Translations under genes and position numbers: made by a program
The notes under the pieces: generated by a model
Database searches by the model: none
What the model was told of the DNA's origin: nothing
What the model saw: the letters and a program-made list of their open reading frames with translations, nothing else
From: Spirogloea muscicola
Lineage: Eukaryota
DNA length: 53,915 bases
NCBI GenBank assembly: GCA_009602725.1
Contig: WELB01000015.1
Span: forward strand, 167,398-221,312
Direction of reading: 5' to 3'
Shown: positions 34,032 to 48,000 of the stretch, in pieces
Layout: every line of letters begins with the position of its first letter
Position numbering within the stretch: position 1 is the stretch's first letter

Positions 34032-37000
34032 GGCCGGGCGGCTGCGCGGCACCGGCGCGACCGCCGGGGCGTGCGGTGGCCGCCGGGCCTTCGCAGCTGC
34101 TGCCGCCGACGACGATACCACCATGACGGGTGATCGCCGCCGCCGCCAAAGCAGCAGGCGCTCTGACGTCTCTCGACGTCTCCCCCTACACGTCCAGAGA
34201 GCCTGGAGAGGGCGGCCGCTGCCTGCTCGGCTCGCGGCAGAGGTCGGCCGAGCCACTCGAGACGGGGTTAGCCGCAGCACGGCGACGGCACGAGCTCAGT
34301 GTGCTCGCGCCGGACTCAGCCGCCACTCTTCTTCGATGGCGTGTTCCACTTCCGTATTCTCGGCAGCTCTGACGGCTGGCGGTAGCGGTGGCGTGTTGCT
34401 GCAGTCGACATCCCAGTGCCGTTCAAGGGGCACAAGATCGAGGTGCCGCCGCAGGCCGTGGAGACGTCGCCGAAGGAGCTCGTGAAGTTCTTCACCGACA
34501 TGTTCCGCATGCGCCGCATGGAGGTCCGTTGCACAACATGACCGCCCTGTCATCAATATCTCGACAGCTATCTTGAGCTGGGGTTGCAGCTCCTCTTTCT
34601 GTGAGTCAGCTTCAGCTGCCGGCCGAGACGCGGCGACTGGTCGCCCTGCCCGGCGAGCTGGCGTGCCTGCTAGCGGCAGCAGGCCTGCAATGGTTGGCAG
34701 GCGCCTGTGTGCATTGGCTGGTGCTTGTCGATATTCCGGTGTCACTTGCGTAGTGTTGATGTGGTGACTGCTGCTGCATTGTCCCACCAGATTGCTGCCG
34801 ACAGCCTCTACAAGAGCAAGTACATCCGGGGGTTCTGCCACCTGTACGACGGGCAGGAGGCAGTGTGCGTTGGCATGGAGGCGGCACTCAACTACGATGA
34901 CTGCATCATCACGGCCTACCGGGATCACTGTACCCACCTCGGCCGCGGGGGCACCGTCAAGGAAGTGATGGCCGAGCTGATGGGCCACAAGGACGGCTGC
35001 TCGCTTGGGAAGGGTGGCTCCATGCACATGTACCACAAGAAGAACAACTTCTACGGTGGCAACGGCATTGTAGGAGCGCAGGTTTGCAGCTGCTACCAAA
35101 GCACAAAGCCAGCCTACAACAGGCTAGCCATTGCGCCCGCCAGGCTGCGGTCAGCCTTGGAGGCTTCTTCTTAATGCACCTACTGTTTACATGAGTGACC
35201 AATTTGCAAAATTCTCAAAGCTCTGACATGTGACTTCTTGATGCATATCTCTGCAGACTCCACTTGGTGCTGGATTGGCTTTTGGCCAGAAGTACAGCAA
35301 AGTCAAGGGCGTGACGATGGCCCTGTATGGCGACGGCGCTGCCAACCAGGGGCAGCTCTTCGAGGCCATGAACATCTCAGCTCTTTGGGATCTCCCTGTG
35401 ATCTACGTGTGTGAAAACAACCACTGTGAGCATCTTGACTTGGGAGACCTACACATGGACCGGAACACTGTGCTCGTCATAATTATCATGCAGTACGCGC
35501 TACAGTGCTACCAGTTGTGACTTTCTCTAGTGGCTCGAATGATTTCTTCGCGTACTGCAACTGTTGCTTTCCTGCTAGTGCTTCACTAACCCTGAAGCCT
35601 CCTGTGGCTTTTTTGTCCTGTGCAGATGGTATGGGGACTGCGGAGTGGAGATCAGCAAAGAGTCCTGAGTATTTCAGCCGTGGGGATTACATTCCTGGCT
35701 TGAAGGTATGCATGCTGCAGTGGGTCGAGAGAGTCAACATTGTCAACACCGTCAGCAGCTAACAAGCTCAGCTCCTTCAGCCTAGCTCGTGGGACGTGCG
35801 ACAGCACATCGTGGACCAGCTTACTATACCTATGATGCCAGGAGACCTTCCATTTGCTAGCTAATTTGTCAAGATGCTCGTGTGTATGCAGGTCGATGGC
35901 ATGGACGCCCTGGCGGTCAAGCAGGCTGTCAAGTATGCCAAGGAGCATGCTCTTGAGCATGGGCCAATAGTATGTTGCGGCAATCACTGGAAGACCTTCA
36001 GCTAGCCGATACAACTTGCTAACAGATTGTTCTGATCATTGTATACTACTGTGTTACTGACTAATGAGGCCGCATGCATTTCCGCCTGCGAAGGACAAGA
36101 TTTGCCTCTTCAGATTGCATGAATGTGTAGTTGATGAGATCTGTGGAATCTCTCATGTGCGGCTTGCGGGCAGGTCCTGGAAATGGATACTTACAGATAT
36201 CATGGGCACTCTATGTCCGACCCTGGAAGCACGTATCGCACCCGCGACGAAATCAGCGGTGTGCGGCAGGTGATTCTGTCAGAAAAGTCTTGGAGGGAAC
36301 CTGTAGGGTCCTTTAGCTGGCTATTGCTCTATACAGGACATCAGAAGTTGCCATGATGCTGGCCCTCATGCTCTACATCATTGTTTGAATTCCAACTTCT
36401 TACGAATACAGGAGCGTGACCCCATTGAGCGCATCCGTAAGCTACTGCTAGCAAAAGAGATTGTGAGCGTGAGCGACCTCAAGGTGATGAGCTTACCAGG
36501 ACCCCACTGCTCACATGGTTGTCAGCTAGTAATAGTGAAAGATGCATGTTTACAGGTATGTCTTCAGCTGAGACAATGGACATGCCCTGCATATCTTGCA
36601 GAAAATTAGCAGATTACAGAAATTAGCAGATCAGCAGACAATGTGGTTTCTGTCAGCTCATTTGACCTTTTATGGCTGCCAGGCAATTGAGAAGGATGTG
36701 AGAAAAGAGGTGGATGCTGTTGTCAATGAGACCAAGGTACTTGCCTCCGGTGCATGTAATAAGTACTTCATGCCATTATTCTGCTCCCGTTTTACTTCTA
36801 TCCTGGAACTTAATATATGTCTGTACGTGAGTGCACGATCTGCAGGATGGCTCGCCACCTGAGCCTGATGAGTTGTGGAGCCATGTCTATGTCAAGGCTG
36901 ATGGCATCGAGGTATTGAATTTTTTGTCACCAACACTGCATGCTGCTTGCAGAAATGTAAACGCAACATTAGTGGCTGCTTCATGTGGAAGCTTCGATTG

Positions 37001-37082
37001 GAAGCATGCTGACAAGAGTATGTGAAATTGGGTCCAGGCTTTTGGTTGTGATCGCAAGGAGGTGAAGGTGCAGTTGCAATGA
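34032..37082 (+). CDS. PDHA1: mitochondrial pyruvate dehydrogenase E1 alpha subunit (5' partial, 11 exons)
   Basis: Exons <34032-34129, 34405-34523, 34791-35081, 35257-35425, 35626-35705, 35892-35969, 36174-36269, 36412-36483, 36683-36736, 36846-36911, 37038-37082. [20 protein letters not shown], ThDP motif [13 protein letters not shown], phosphorylation loop [15 protein letters not shown], and an Arg/Ala-rich presequence. Confidence 0.97.
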
Positions 37083-38289
37083 CAGCATTAGTGACTCGGT
37101 GGGTCTGAAGAGGTCGTCAGGACCCTCTGTCTTGGGCCCTCGCCAGTGTTGTCCTGCTCATGCATTTCTCTTGATTTGATCCTCTAAATCTGGAGCACTG
37201 TCGACTGCAAGTCATTGATGTCCTGCTTACTGAAGCCAAAGTACCACAGCAGGACAGTGTGACCCCCACATTGTTCCCTCTGGCTCACGTGCAAGAGAGT
37301 TGCGCCCCATCTGCATCTTATCTTGAGCTGTGAGCTGTGCGTGGCTTGTCTTTGGCAACTACAGGTGAAAGTGCTGCTGCCAATCATCTGGCCCGCAACC
37401 TGCAGAGAGACCTGTCTGTCGCGCTTCCCTTGCTAGATTTCTTGCCGCACCGACTTCGGCAAGCAAGTCCATTCTTTGCCTCAGCAATGGCCTTATGATG
37501 TTGCCAGACTGGCGGACTCTCCTGCACGGTGCAGACCACTCCAACAGCGTTGCGGGGCTGCCTCGGATTGGTACACAGAAGGACCAAACACGAGTTGTCT
37601 TCTCTAGGGTGTCTATGGAGACAGGCACCACTGTGTAGCTGCATGGTTGCACTTTCTGGCCCCTTGGAAGATCTTGTCAATCCTTTTCGCTGGCCTTCCA
37701 CAGTTGCCCCTTTTGCAAGGAGCTTGTTCAAGTGGTCTCTGAAGCGGTGTCCAGTCGAGGTGTCTCCAGGTATCCAGTCGCGACAACTGCCTGAGATGCC
37801 ACAGTTTGGCTGGGCAACTTGGTGGCCGCTTAGCTTAGTAAGCAACTTCAACGTTAAGCAAGAAGCTTATTGGTGAGCAAGAAGCAGCTGCAGCTGGCGC
37901 TTAGGCATGCCAACAGCATCTAGTTGCTGAAGAGCCTATCACCAAGTACGGTGCATTGAAGAGCACCATACTTGATGCAATCTCCGTAATAACCGCCATG
38001 ACCAAACGCCTGGGCGACGCGGTCAGTGTTGCATAAAAGAAATGCAAACCTGAATCCTAAGCAATTTGACGAGTGGGTATCTACGTACATCTTCATCTGC
38101 ACTTTACGCCACGAACGACTCCCTGCCGTGCTTGCCTTTGTACTTGGCCTTTTGGGCTGCCGAAAAAGAAAGATGGTGCGCGGTGCGCATGCAATAAAAA
38201 GGTGGCCAACCCAATCCAATACATCGTAAAGGGCCAAAACTTCAGTAAGAATTGGGGCAACATAAAGCGAAGCCCTATGCTAAGATCGA

Positions 38290-38405
38290 TTGCATCGAGT
38301 AATGACCTTTATGTTTTGGACCCGTGGTTATTGAGCGGGTCAATTTGCTGTAAGTCATGTAGATCTTTAGTTGTGCTTGCCTTTGTACTTGGCCATTTGG
38401 CCTAC
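38290..38405 (+). mobile_element. old family A CRE-like 3' end; a further UTR scrap lies at 38128-38150
   Basis: gacctttatgttttggacccgtggttattgagcgggtca...gtgcttgcctttgtacttggcca aligns with 18885-18976. Confidence 0.7.
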
Positions 38406-38501
38406 ATTTATTTCTAATACACGGAATGGCTATGCTAAGGTGGCTGAGGAAACAGCGTGACGGTCGTACCCACGAGTGAGTGCACTGCAGGCGCCGCAGC
38501 C

Positions 38502-41500
38502 ATGCCGGCCGGGCGCGCCGCGCTCGTCGCCGCCTCGGCGCGGCGCACGACGGCGGCCGCTGCGCCGCCGGAGCGCGCCCCAGCTGGACGGCCGCCGGCC
38601 CGAACGGGGCTCTTTGGATACGAGGAGCTGCGCGAGGCCCGGGGCTTCCGCCGCATGGTCCGGGACGCCATCGCCAAGTGCGTACACAGCTTACTGCTCG
38701 GCTGCAAGCTCTGGCCACAAGGCCGGAATTGGCGGCGCCTGCTTTGCCACACTTCCGGCAGCGCTCTTGCTGCCTCAACCCCTCACTCCTGATCTTGACC
38801 TCGACCTCGATAGTAGTACAGCTTGCCGGTAACAGCAGATGCGAGACCTGCGACTTCCAGTAGCAAGGCATCAGTCTGCTAGCGAGCTGAGTGTGCGAAT
38901 TGTGCTGGAACCTCCAGGTCGGAGGGCCTGATAGAGGATGTGCGTACCATACAGCCTTCTGTGGAAGTGGTCCGCAAGCTCGACAACATATCTAACACGG
39001 TAAGAGCACTGCTCAAGAGTCTCAGCTTGAAGACAGCCACGCCCCCTGCATCAGCATCCGACAACAAGACACAGAGAAAGCCTGCACAGAAGCTCATCTC
39101 ATTGTTGATGAAGAGACTGTAGGCAGGGTCGCATCTGCCAGACCTTGTGTGCATGAGTGCAAACGATGACTCTCACACCGCTTGGGTGCTTGAAGCTGTG
39201 TCAGATTTGATTCTGAATTTGATGAATAGTGGCTTGCACTCTATGTCAAAGGCAGCAATCACAGCTGATCCCAACCTCAATTCAGGCCAACTTTTGCTTG
39301 GTGTACTAAAGAGCATGCATTGATGATTGCCAAGCTGGTCATGGTGATGCTTGCAGGTCTGTCTGGTCTTGGACGCTGCCGAGCTGTGCCGCAATGTGCA
39401 CAGCGACCGGTGGGTCATCTTCACAGTTTTTCTGTGGTGTTTGCTAACAAGTTAGTTGCTCAAAGCAAGCAATCTTGTGCACCACTGAGTATCGATATTG
39501 GCCCTGTAAAGGAGCATTGCGCACTTCTTCTCTACTGTATGTTTTTGGTAGATTACTCCTCAAGCTTAAGTTAAGTTTCTGAGCACATAGTCAGCTCTGC
39601 AATAAGCAGGGAGTACGTTGAGGAAGCAGACAAGGCATTTATGGAGCTCTCTCAGTATGTGCAGGTAGGTTAGAGAGCTGTATCCAGATTTGTGCAGATT
39701 TATCGTGTGTGGATTTGCCACTAGTGCGGGTTTGCCTCATCCAAGTTACTCCAAGGGGCAGAAAAGCACCTGCATTGCACATCGAAAGCATCATCTTTCC
39801 AACCTCATAGGTCAAATTGTTCTTTTGCACCAGAAGCATCTGCCTGATGCAGGCTTGCTTGACTGCAGAAGCTGAACACTTCCAAGGTCCTCTACACTGC
39901 CCTCATAGCTTCCATAAGCACATTGAGTCCTTCTAGTGAAGCATTCAGAGTGGCCACCATGCTCCAGCTTGACTTTGAGCGTGGGGGCATACACCTGCCA
40001 GACACGACAATGGAGAGGGTTGACAAGCTTCAGACAACCATCCTTAGTCTTGGTGGCATGTATGATTGTTACCTCCTTAAAATGCTGAACGCTGAAGGTG
40101 GTCAAATCTATTTCTCTTGTTCTCTTCATAAAGAACTCTGCGTGCCTGCAGTCTCTATTCTAGTCTATGCGAGAGTACCTCTCAGGGCAGAGTTTGACGA
40201 TGTTCTCTGGTGCAGGTTCAATGCCAATATAGTTGCCGACTGTGGTCAAGTAGATGTTTTTCCAGCATCCAAGCTGCGAGCACTGCCAGAAAGCATCAAG
40301 GCTATGTTGAGGACCTCTGTAGGAGATGCAGTGCGTCAGAAGGGTGGCCTTTGTGTTCCTACTGATCCTGTGGTCGTTCCTGCCGTTCTCAAGTGGGTGG
40401 CTGACCCCGAGGTTGATCCAGCTTATTGCTAAACCTGGTTGGATGTGCAGCCAGTAGCTTATCAAGTGCATACTTGCAAGAAGCAAATCGCTGGGGGGTC
40501 ATTTTATTGTCAGTGACTGTTCCCTGTCATGCGCTTCTGACTAAGTGTGGTAAACTGATGTAGGTGAGGAAGCAAGTCTACATGGCAGGCCATAGCGCGC
40601 CGCGGAGCAACCTTCGTGTTCTTGACGACCTCATCAATGCTAGACACGAACTCGCTCAAGTACGTGACTTCAGTGACTCTCTTACTACCAAGCTTCAGTT
40701 ATACTTCGCTGAGCACATTATTACTTGCTCAAGCCAAGACTACACATAGACTGACAGAAATCCCAAGTCCCTGTCTCCAGCTCCTAGGCTATGAGTCATA
40801 TGTCGCCTACCAGGTTGCTCCACTCATGGCCAGGACATCTAAGGCCGTTCGTGATTTTCTACAAGAGCTCAGCCAACAAAGTAGGCAAAGAGCTGACCAG
40901 GTGTGCACTGGCAGACGCGCTGTGGCTTGATAGTCATGCTACTGATGCCTCACCTTGCACTACAAGTCAGACAGAGGGGGTTCTACAGGCCACCCTGCAT
41001 ACTCTTAGCTTATTGAGAAAGGATCGACTTAAGCCCAATGCTGGATCCTTGGCTGCACCCTGTGTGCAACCTGGATCAACTTACCTCTCGCTTCAGAGCC
41101 ACTTTGTGTGCTTTCTGCTACTGCTGTTTATTGAGCAGCAGACAACTCTTGATCGCTTTATGTATATTATGCTGAGTGCAGGAGCTGCAGGCCCTGGCTA
41201 AGTACAGGCCCGGGAACGGGGACACTGTCCTTAGGGCATGGGATCGTCCATACTACATAGGACTGGCTAAAGCTCATGCTCACAATCTGGACTCAAGGGT
41301 AATTCTTAAGCTGTAGACGTGAAGCTCTTTCGTTATGACTGTTGACAGCTACTTTCTTTGCAAGATAATCTTCTGCTGACACACATTTGGGTGCTGGTCA
41401 AGGTCGTTGCTGGCTACTTCCCATTAGAGAGCTGCATTAGAGGATTCGGCGTGCTTTTAGACACACTGTTTGGAGTAGAGTTACAAGAAGAGGGCATGCA

Positions 41501-43451
41501 ACCAGGAGAAGGTTGGGCTTCTACTGTGAGAAAGTATTCACTGCAGCATCCTGATGAGGTATTGCACAGCGGAAAATCTATCTACTGCGCTTGTAAACAT
41601 GGATAATATTCCGATTCCAATCATTCATGTATGATACAGGTCACCTATATTACTAGGTCCCAAGCTGGGCTGGTGTGATCAAAGGAGATGTTTCTGAGTC
41701 TATTTTGTTGGGTTCATGACCCCTGTATGATTCGTTTCTGTACTCAGGGTCCATTAGGAGTTGTTTACTTAGACCTCCATCCTCGTAACACCAAGTTCAG
41801 TCATTCTGCACACTTCACACTCCGATGTGGACATGGTGCACGAACGTCTCAGCGGCAACTTCCAGTATGCCAGACCTTATCGATGCAATCACCCCTGATG
41901 ACTTGACTCTTGGACTCAATACTATCGAGCTATAATTTCTGGATAGGTGGCGCGGTAAGGAAAGACGATGTTTTTGATATTGAAGCTGCTTCCTGCAATA
42001 CAGGTCTTGGCTCTGGTGTGCAACTTTCCTCAATCCAGCAGACATACCCCTACCTTACTGAATCACATGGAAGTTGACACTTTGTTTCATGAACTTGGCC
42101 ATGCACTTCACACGCTTCTATCTGATACGGTGAGGTTACATGGAGAATCATACAATCATGTGCCATTTGTGCCTTGCAAAGACTGGCTGAGTAAGCTCAG
42201 GCCCTTTTTACTTGACCTGTCTCACATGGGTCAGTGCAGCTGCATAAGCCTGGTCAGAAGCTCCGCCCTTCTTATCATTGCAGGAATTTCAGCACCTCTC
42301 TGGTACTAGAGGAGTCCTGGACTTTGTAGAGACGCCATCGAATCTTATGGAGTGAGCAATTTTTTCTTGACATAGTAAGAGCAGGTGCTTAGTTGCCGTT
42401 GATGGAACTAATGTTTATATCGCATTCGGGACTATGTGTGAGTACGTGCAGCATCTTGTTGCACTAAGTCTTATATCATGTGCAACTATAGTACAGTCTG
42501 TACTGTCTCTGCAACTAAGGAGCAGAGTGTGGGATGCAGATTATATGCGTGGGACTATACCTTTCTGTGTCGTTTTGCGAGGCACTATTTAACAGATGAA
42601 GTCATTCAGGAGAACATGGTTTCGAGTCTGAGGAGCTCAAAGGCCATGTTTGCAGCTAATGACCTTCAAAGCCAGGTCAATGCACCAAGACAGAATGACT
42701 AGCTCGTATTTTTTAGAAACAGAACCAAGATAATGATAATTGCAAGAGCTTTGCCGATACAAATGAGGTTCTCAAATAAGCCCTAACCTGCACTGCTTGT
42801 TGGTGCGAGTGGGGGGCTACACCAGGTCTTGTACGCCCTTGTTGATCAGGAGTTATTTGGGCCGCAGCCTCTTAAAGCAGAAAGCACGACTGCTGTTCTG
42901 GTGGAGCTGCAAAAGCAACATACCAACTTGACGCACGAGGCAGGAACGCACTGGCAGACCCGCTTCTCTCACCTTGTTGGATATGGTGGAGGTGAGCAGG
43001 AGTGCTTCTACTTACTGTTCAGTGACAGGTCAATGATGCCCAACAACAACCCCTGAAATGTAAGGCCCATGTGAGCAGCGCAGCAAGACCTTTCCAAGGG
43101 CTTTTCTAACGATCACCACCACAGTTTGACTGTGTTTATTTCTGCCGTTGCCATGACCCATGTGAATATCCAATGAAGCAATTTCAGGGATGTTGTGCAT
43201 GTCTGGCAGGATACTACAGCTACCTTTATGCCAAGTGCTTTGCTTCCCAGATCTGGCAGCGGCACTTAGATGGCAAGTCACTGGATAGAGAAGCAGGGGA
43301 GATCTTGAGGACGGCCTTGTTCAGGCACGGCGGCGCTAAAGATCCTGTGGAGATTGTTAGACTCTTGCTCGGTGAAGATGGAATTATCAGCACTGAGGAT
43401 GGTGGCATCAGGCCTTGCATGCGGCAAGCCCTGCTCGAAGCTGGGATTTGA
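38502..43451 (+). CDS. OCT1: mitochondrial intermediate peptidase (M3A family), 16 exons
   Basis: Exons 38502-38677, 38918-38999, 39357-39409, 39610-39664, 39869-40059, 40216-40411, 40564-40659, 40781-40900, 41182-41298, 41403-41558, 41748-41864, 42004-42129, 42284-42351, 42540-42675, 42826-42991, 43210-43451. [24 protein letters not shown], zinc motif [45 protein letters not shown]. Confidence 0.95.
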
Positions 43452-43485
43452 GTAGCTACGGTTGACAAACACACCTGGCTATTTT

Positions 43486-43676
43486 CCAGGTCTCAGGTCC
43501 CAGGTCCCAATTTCAGTTCCCAGGTCACAGGTCCCAGGTCCCAGGTCCCAGGTCACAGGTCCCAGGTACCAGGTCCCAGATCCCAGGTCCCAGGTCCCAG
43601 GTCCCAGGTCCCAGGTCCCAGGTCCCAGGTCCCAGGTCCCAGGTCCGAGGTCCCAGGTCCCAGATCCCAGGTCACA
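43486..43676 (+). repeat. 7-bp tandem repeat (GGTCCCA)n, roughly 25 units, with a degenerate tail to about 43757
   Basis: Directly visible, starting about 35 bp after the OCT1 stop. Confidence 0.95.
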
Positions 43677-44034
43677 AATTTCATGTTCCAGATTTCAGGG
43701 CCCAGGTGCGTTTTGCAAGTTTCGCGACTCCAGGTTTCAGATTCCGATTTTCAGGTCGTGTTGATAATCTCCAGGGTGCATATGATTTGCTTGCTAGTTG
43801 AAAAGCAGGTGGCTAGATGCTGTCTAACTGGCGGACAATTGGTGATGTGTTAGGCAAGTTAAGAAACGTCAAATCTGTGACTTATTGCGACAAAGAAAGC
43901 AGATCTAAGATCTGCACAGTGCACCTTGTAATCTGTAGCCTTTCATTGCTGCAGCTCTTCATATTTCAATAGATTTGCAGCAAATGTGCAGCCGCCTGTC
44001 TGTAAATTAGGCACGTGCCAGCAGCCATCAGCGA

Positions 44035-44236
44035 CAAAGAATGCGGCTGCTGATATAGAAAGAGTGGCTGTAAATGGCCAGCCAGATGCATACAAGGTGT
44101 TCATGACGGAGCTACAGGCTAGGCAGACAGGGCGCGCTCTTAGTACCCCCGTGTCAGCAGTAGGAAGTCAGATGAGCTGAGGGGAGGAAGAGCAACCTCG
44201 CTCCGCAAGCCAGAGGCTGCTGCATGGGCGCGACCG
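44035..44236 (-). mobile_element. solitary 5'-truncated family C CRE-like 3' end
   Basis: Aligns with 32633-32833; LLTRGY* with stop at 44140-44142. Confidence 0.82.
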
Positions 44237-45073
44237 GTGACAAGTCGGTACAGAGCAACGGCAGGGGTAGACAACTTCACATTCCTCAAGTGAACTAAGC
44301 TACAGGAGAATTAGAAAGGTGCCTCTGGGGCCTGCATGTAGACGCATGAGCATTCAAGAAGAACATCCTCGATGTGAAATGAGCATGGTTGTGTCCACCA
44401 CGAACTCAGTGGAACAAGCTACTTCTAACTGTCTCATTCCAAGCCAAAGATGACAGCCTGATCATGAAATAGCAAAGACACTGCCGATTACACTAACCAG
44501 AAAGGGGTCGGAATGTCGTCATGCGGGGCTGGATGAGATGCATGTGGGCGTGTTGCCCACAAGTCATACATTGCTTACAGCAAGGAGAGTTGCCAGGATG
44601 ATGTTCCAATACCCGGATGCTGGTCTGGTCGCTCCTGTGGACACCCCAAAACACCTAATAGTGACTATCAGAAGGAATTCCATTTGCAAATTAATTGTCT
44701 AACCGCTTCAAAGAGAAGAATTCCAGTTTCAATCGTTGGTTGTGCATACATATGTGGTAATGATTAGTATTTGGACATCCTCTTTTTCCCGTGGTAACAT
44801 GGCTCTACCAAATGGCAGAATTTTGAATATTAAAGACCTTGTTTTGTCATCACCAATGCCCTAATTTGCTATCAGTCTCATTAAAGAAAATAACAGAGTG
44901 GATCATGTCACAAGTTTCCATACTGTTTTAAGATCTCCTAGAAGATGCCAGTACGTATTTAATGCTGCTACAATTAATTCCTCATTTCCTACCTCTCATC
45001 CTTGCATGACATCTGCTCTGCTAGAGTGCAAGTTCTTGCTCCTGAAAAGGAGCAAAAATCACCACTTGAGCCA

Positions 45074-48000
45074 TCATTGCTTCTTCCTGTACAGCCCATC
45101 CCTCATCTCCAACTTCTCCTCACCCACAAGCTTCGCAAGGAAAGCTTGCAGCTGCTGGATGGGCTTGTCATATGGAGGGTCTGCCACAAACATCTGCACC
45201 AGTAGCCATCCACCATACTGTGAGAAGGCGAGGCGCAAAGGCCGGCAAGAAAGCATTCGGCAACACCATACTGTTGCTGAGCAGCAGAATCAGCGGTCTT
45301 CCAAGAATATGTATGATGCTAAAGGACTTCCAAGAAGTGCAAGCGATATGCACCTTGAGCATGTTGTGTATCCTGTCAATGGGGAGGCCGTCCACGAACG
45401 TTGTCAACATTCCCATGATGTATTGCTGCACTTGCAAATATGCCTTACTTCAGATCTCAACGAAGACTGACTTGGCACCTTTGCGGCCCTCTACACTCAG
45501 CAAGGCCACAATCTCATGGCTGCAGAAGGGGCCCTTGTTTGGCAAAGTGGCTGAGATTACTGTAAGGTCGTAAAGGCAAGAGACCACCCAGGAAGAAACC
45601 TGCAGGCTTTGGTTGGTGGGCCAGCTTGTGGTACCTGGTATATTACAAAGTCTGACTCGCTTTGATCTTCCGTGGACAACAGAGCCACTTCTCCGTCCTC
45701 CTCTACATGGCGCCTTTCTGCAAGAGCACCACTGCCTCCAAGTGCGTGATTTCTCGATCCTCCCAAATTTTCAACCACCGTGTATGTCACATCTCCAGAG
45801 GAATTTATCCCCTCAGACAGAACTCCCTACAGAATTCAAGTGACATAGTGAACATGAAGGCCACACTTAAAAATGGTAGCTTGTTTGGTGGATGCAGATT
45901 GCCACCTCAGTTTGTGCAAGGGTAACAGATGGACAGGCTGCAGCTTGCCTTGCCGGTTGCATTTTGGACAACAGGCTATTTGCACAGAGTCTGACACTCT
46001 TGACCCGCATATGCATCAGATATAAATATAGTAGATTGTATGTGAAAATGAAGTTGGAGTCTAAAATTCACAAAGTCTCTAAGTCGATCAGTAACTCTTA
46101 TACCTGAGTTTGCCAGTAGCTTATTTTACGTTGCAGGGATGCTGTGCTAACACCGACAGCGGAGGCCAAGTCTGCCAAAGACCATCTGCACCATAAACAA
46201 GGTCAGCAAATTTTGCAAGTGCTCACAACCTCCTACAGGAGCTATGGATTGCGAGAATCAAGCAGGTCCTTGTCCTCCACTTTCTGAACTATAGCCCAAC
46301 ACTGATGTAAGCACAAGAGACTTATGAGGACCAGCGGCATCACCAAATGAGCACTAAGAGCTTCTACAGGAGCAATAAGTAGCAACATCTCGACAGGTCC
46401 TTGTTCTCCACTTGTTGAGGATTAGCCCAATACTACAATAAGCACATCAGACTCATGAGGACCAGCAAAAGCAAGTGTGAAAATGGTGGGGGTACCATAC
46501 TCTTTGGTGTTCTCAAAGAGAACGATAATGGCTGCATGGAGAGGAGAGACAACATATTGGGCAGATTGATCTTGAAACTCCAGCTCCACCTGCGAGACCC
46601 GTGTAGTGTTTAAAGTAAGAGAGCTACAGTGAAGTTACAGGCTAGATAGACAGGCTTAGAAACTAGTGATTGTACATCTGTCCTATTTCAAGATTGCAAG
46701 AGCAATCAACACAAGCAGAGGTCCAAGCATAGCAAAGTTCTGCTACTTGACACACAACATAACAGATTGGATTCACGGGATCCTCCAAAAATCCCAAATT
46801 GCTGTTTTGAGACCTCTGGTCAGCGACTGTAAGGCTACTTGCAATGTGGTCACAAGATTTCTTACTCTGACAGAAGCGAGGTGCTTCTTCCAGATGAGCT
46901 TACGCGGATCTCGAAGTGCGTGATAATGAACTGCATAAGCCTGCAGCATCCGCTCCACTGCAGGAGGCAAATTGATGCTCTCCTCCTGACATCGTGAGCC
47001 ACCAAGAAAGAACTCGCTCGGGTCACTACAATTTTTTCCAACAGAAGCCAATAACAAGCTCTTACATTACTATCTTCGTAATCATTTCCTCATGCACAAG
47101 CTTACCTGGAAGGGAGGCCAGAAGAGGGCCGAGACAATGGTCGCCTGGAGCACATCCAGGGGCTCAGCATCCTCCTCCTGGTGCAGTGCCTGTGGCGGAG
47201 GCTGCGGCACTAAGCCCTGTGGCGGGGTAGCGGCGGCTCCCCTGACCGCGGCGTCCCTCAGCACCATCATCCGGGCCCGCAGAGCCGCCAGCGTCGCCTG
47301 GGAGGTGCCAACCGGCGACATCTGCTCCAGCTGCACAGCAGGAGGGCTGCCTGGCACTGGGCCGCCACCTCCGTCCGGCGAGGCCCACTGCTGGGGCCGC
47401 AACCTTGGGACGTGAGCCCGGGGTCTCTCTCGCACGGTGTCAGGCCTCTGGAGCTGCGGGCCTCTGCTTCGCCCCGTAGACAAGCCCACAGCCGCAGGCC
47501 TGGATGCAGCGGCCGGCGTGGACAACGCAGCAGCTGCCCTCTGCTTGATGTTTGCATTGATGCGCTTGGAGTCTGCCACGTCCCGCAGCATCACCTCGCA
47601 GTTGCGCAGGCTGCTCTCTCCAAAGCGGAGCTGCATGTGGGCAACATGCAAGTGCAGTCAATCAGCAGAGAAGGAATATAGACATGCCATGTATCTAAGT
47701 GTTAAATTTACACGGAGGCAAGAAAGATGCAGAACTTGGGCTTGACTGGCTTGTTTATTGATGTCTGTTTTGAACTTGCAGTGGAATTCAGGTGAATGTG
47801 AGAAGGTGTTGAGATTTGAACCTTCAGCAGCTCCAGGGTGCGGACCTCCCTGTTGGTGTCATTGTCAAGCTTATTAAGCAGCTTGTCAGCGAGCATGACT
47901 CGGTGCTCGTTGACAAAGACTTCCTTCGAGCCAATAATTCCAATAAGCAGACCAATAGTATCCAACAATCTCCTCCTCCTGCTGGCTGGAGAGGGGTCCG

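Noticed and set aside
37359..37876. Minus-strand ORFs between PDH E1 alpha and OCT1, possibly a LINE ORF1 zinc-knuckle remnant (CRRVRQSGN)
   Set aside because: Motif too degraded, and no splice structure or second copy to support it
43462..43764. ORF with PGPRSQV repeats
   Set aside because: Simply the translation of the stop-free 7-bp tandem repeat
47160..47540. Pro/Ala/Arg-rich insertion in the APC2 cullin domain as a novel domain
   Set aside because: Low complexity and located in a loop that is length-variable among APC2 proteins
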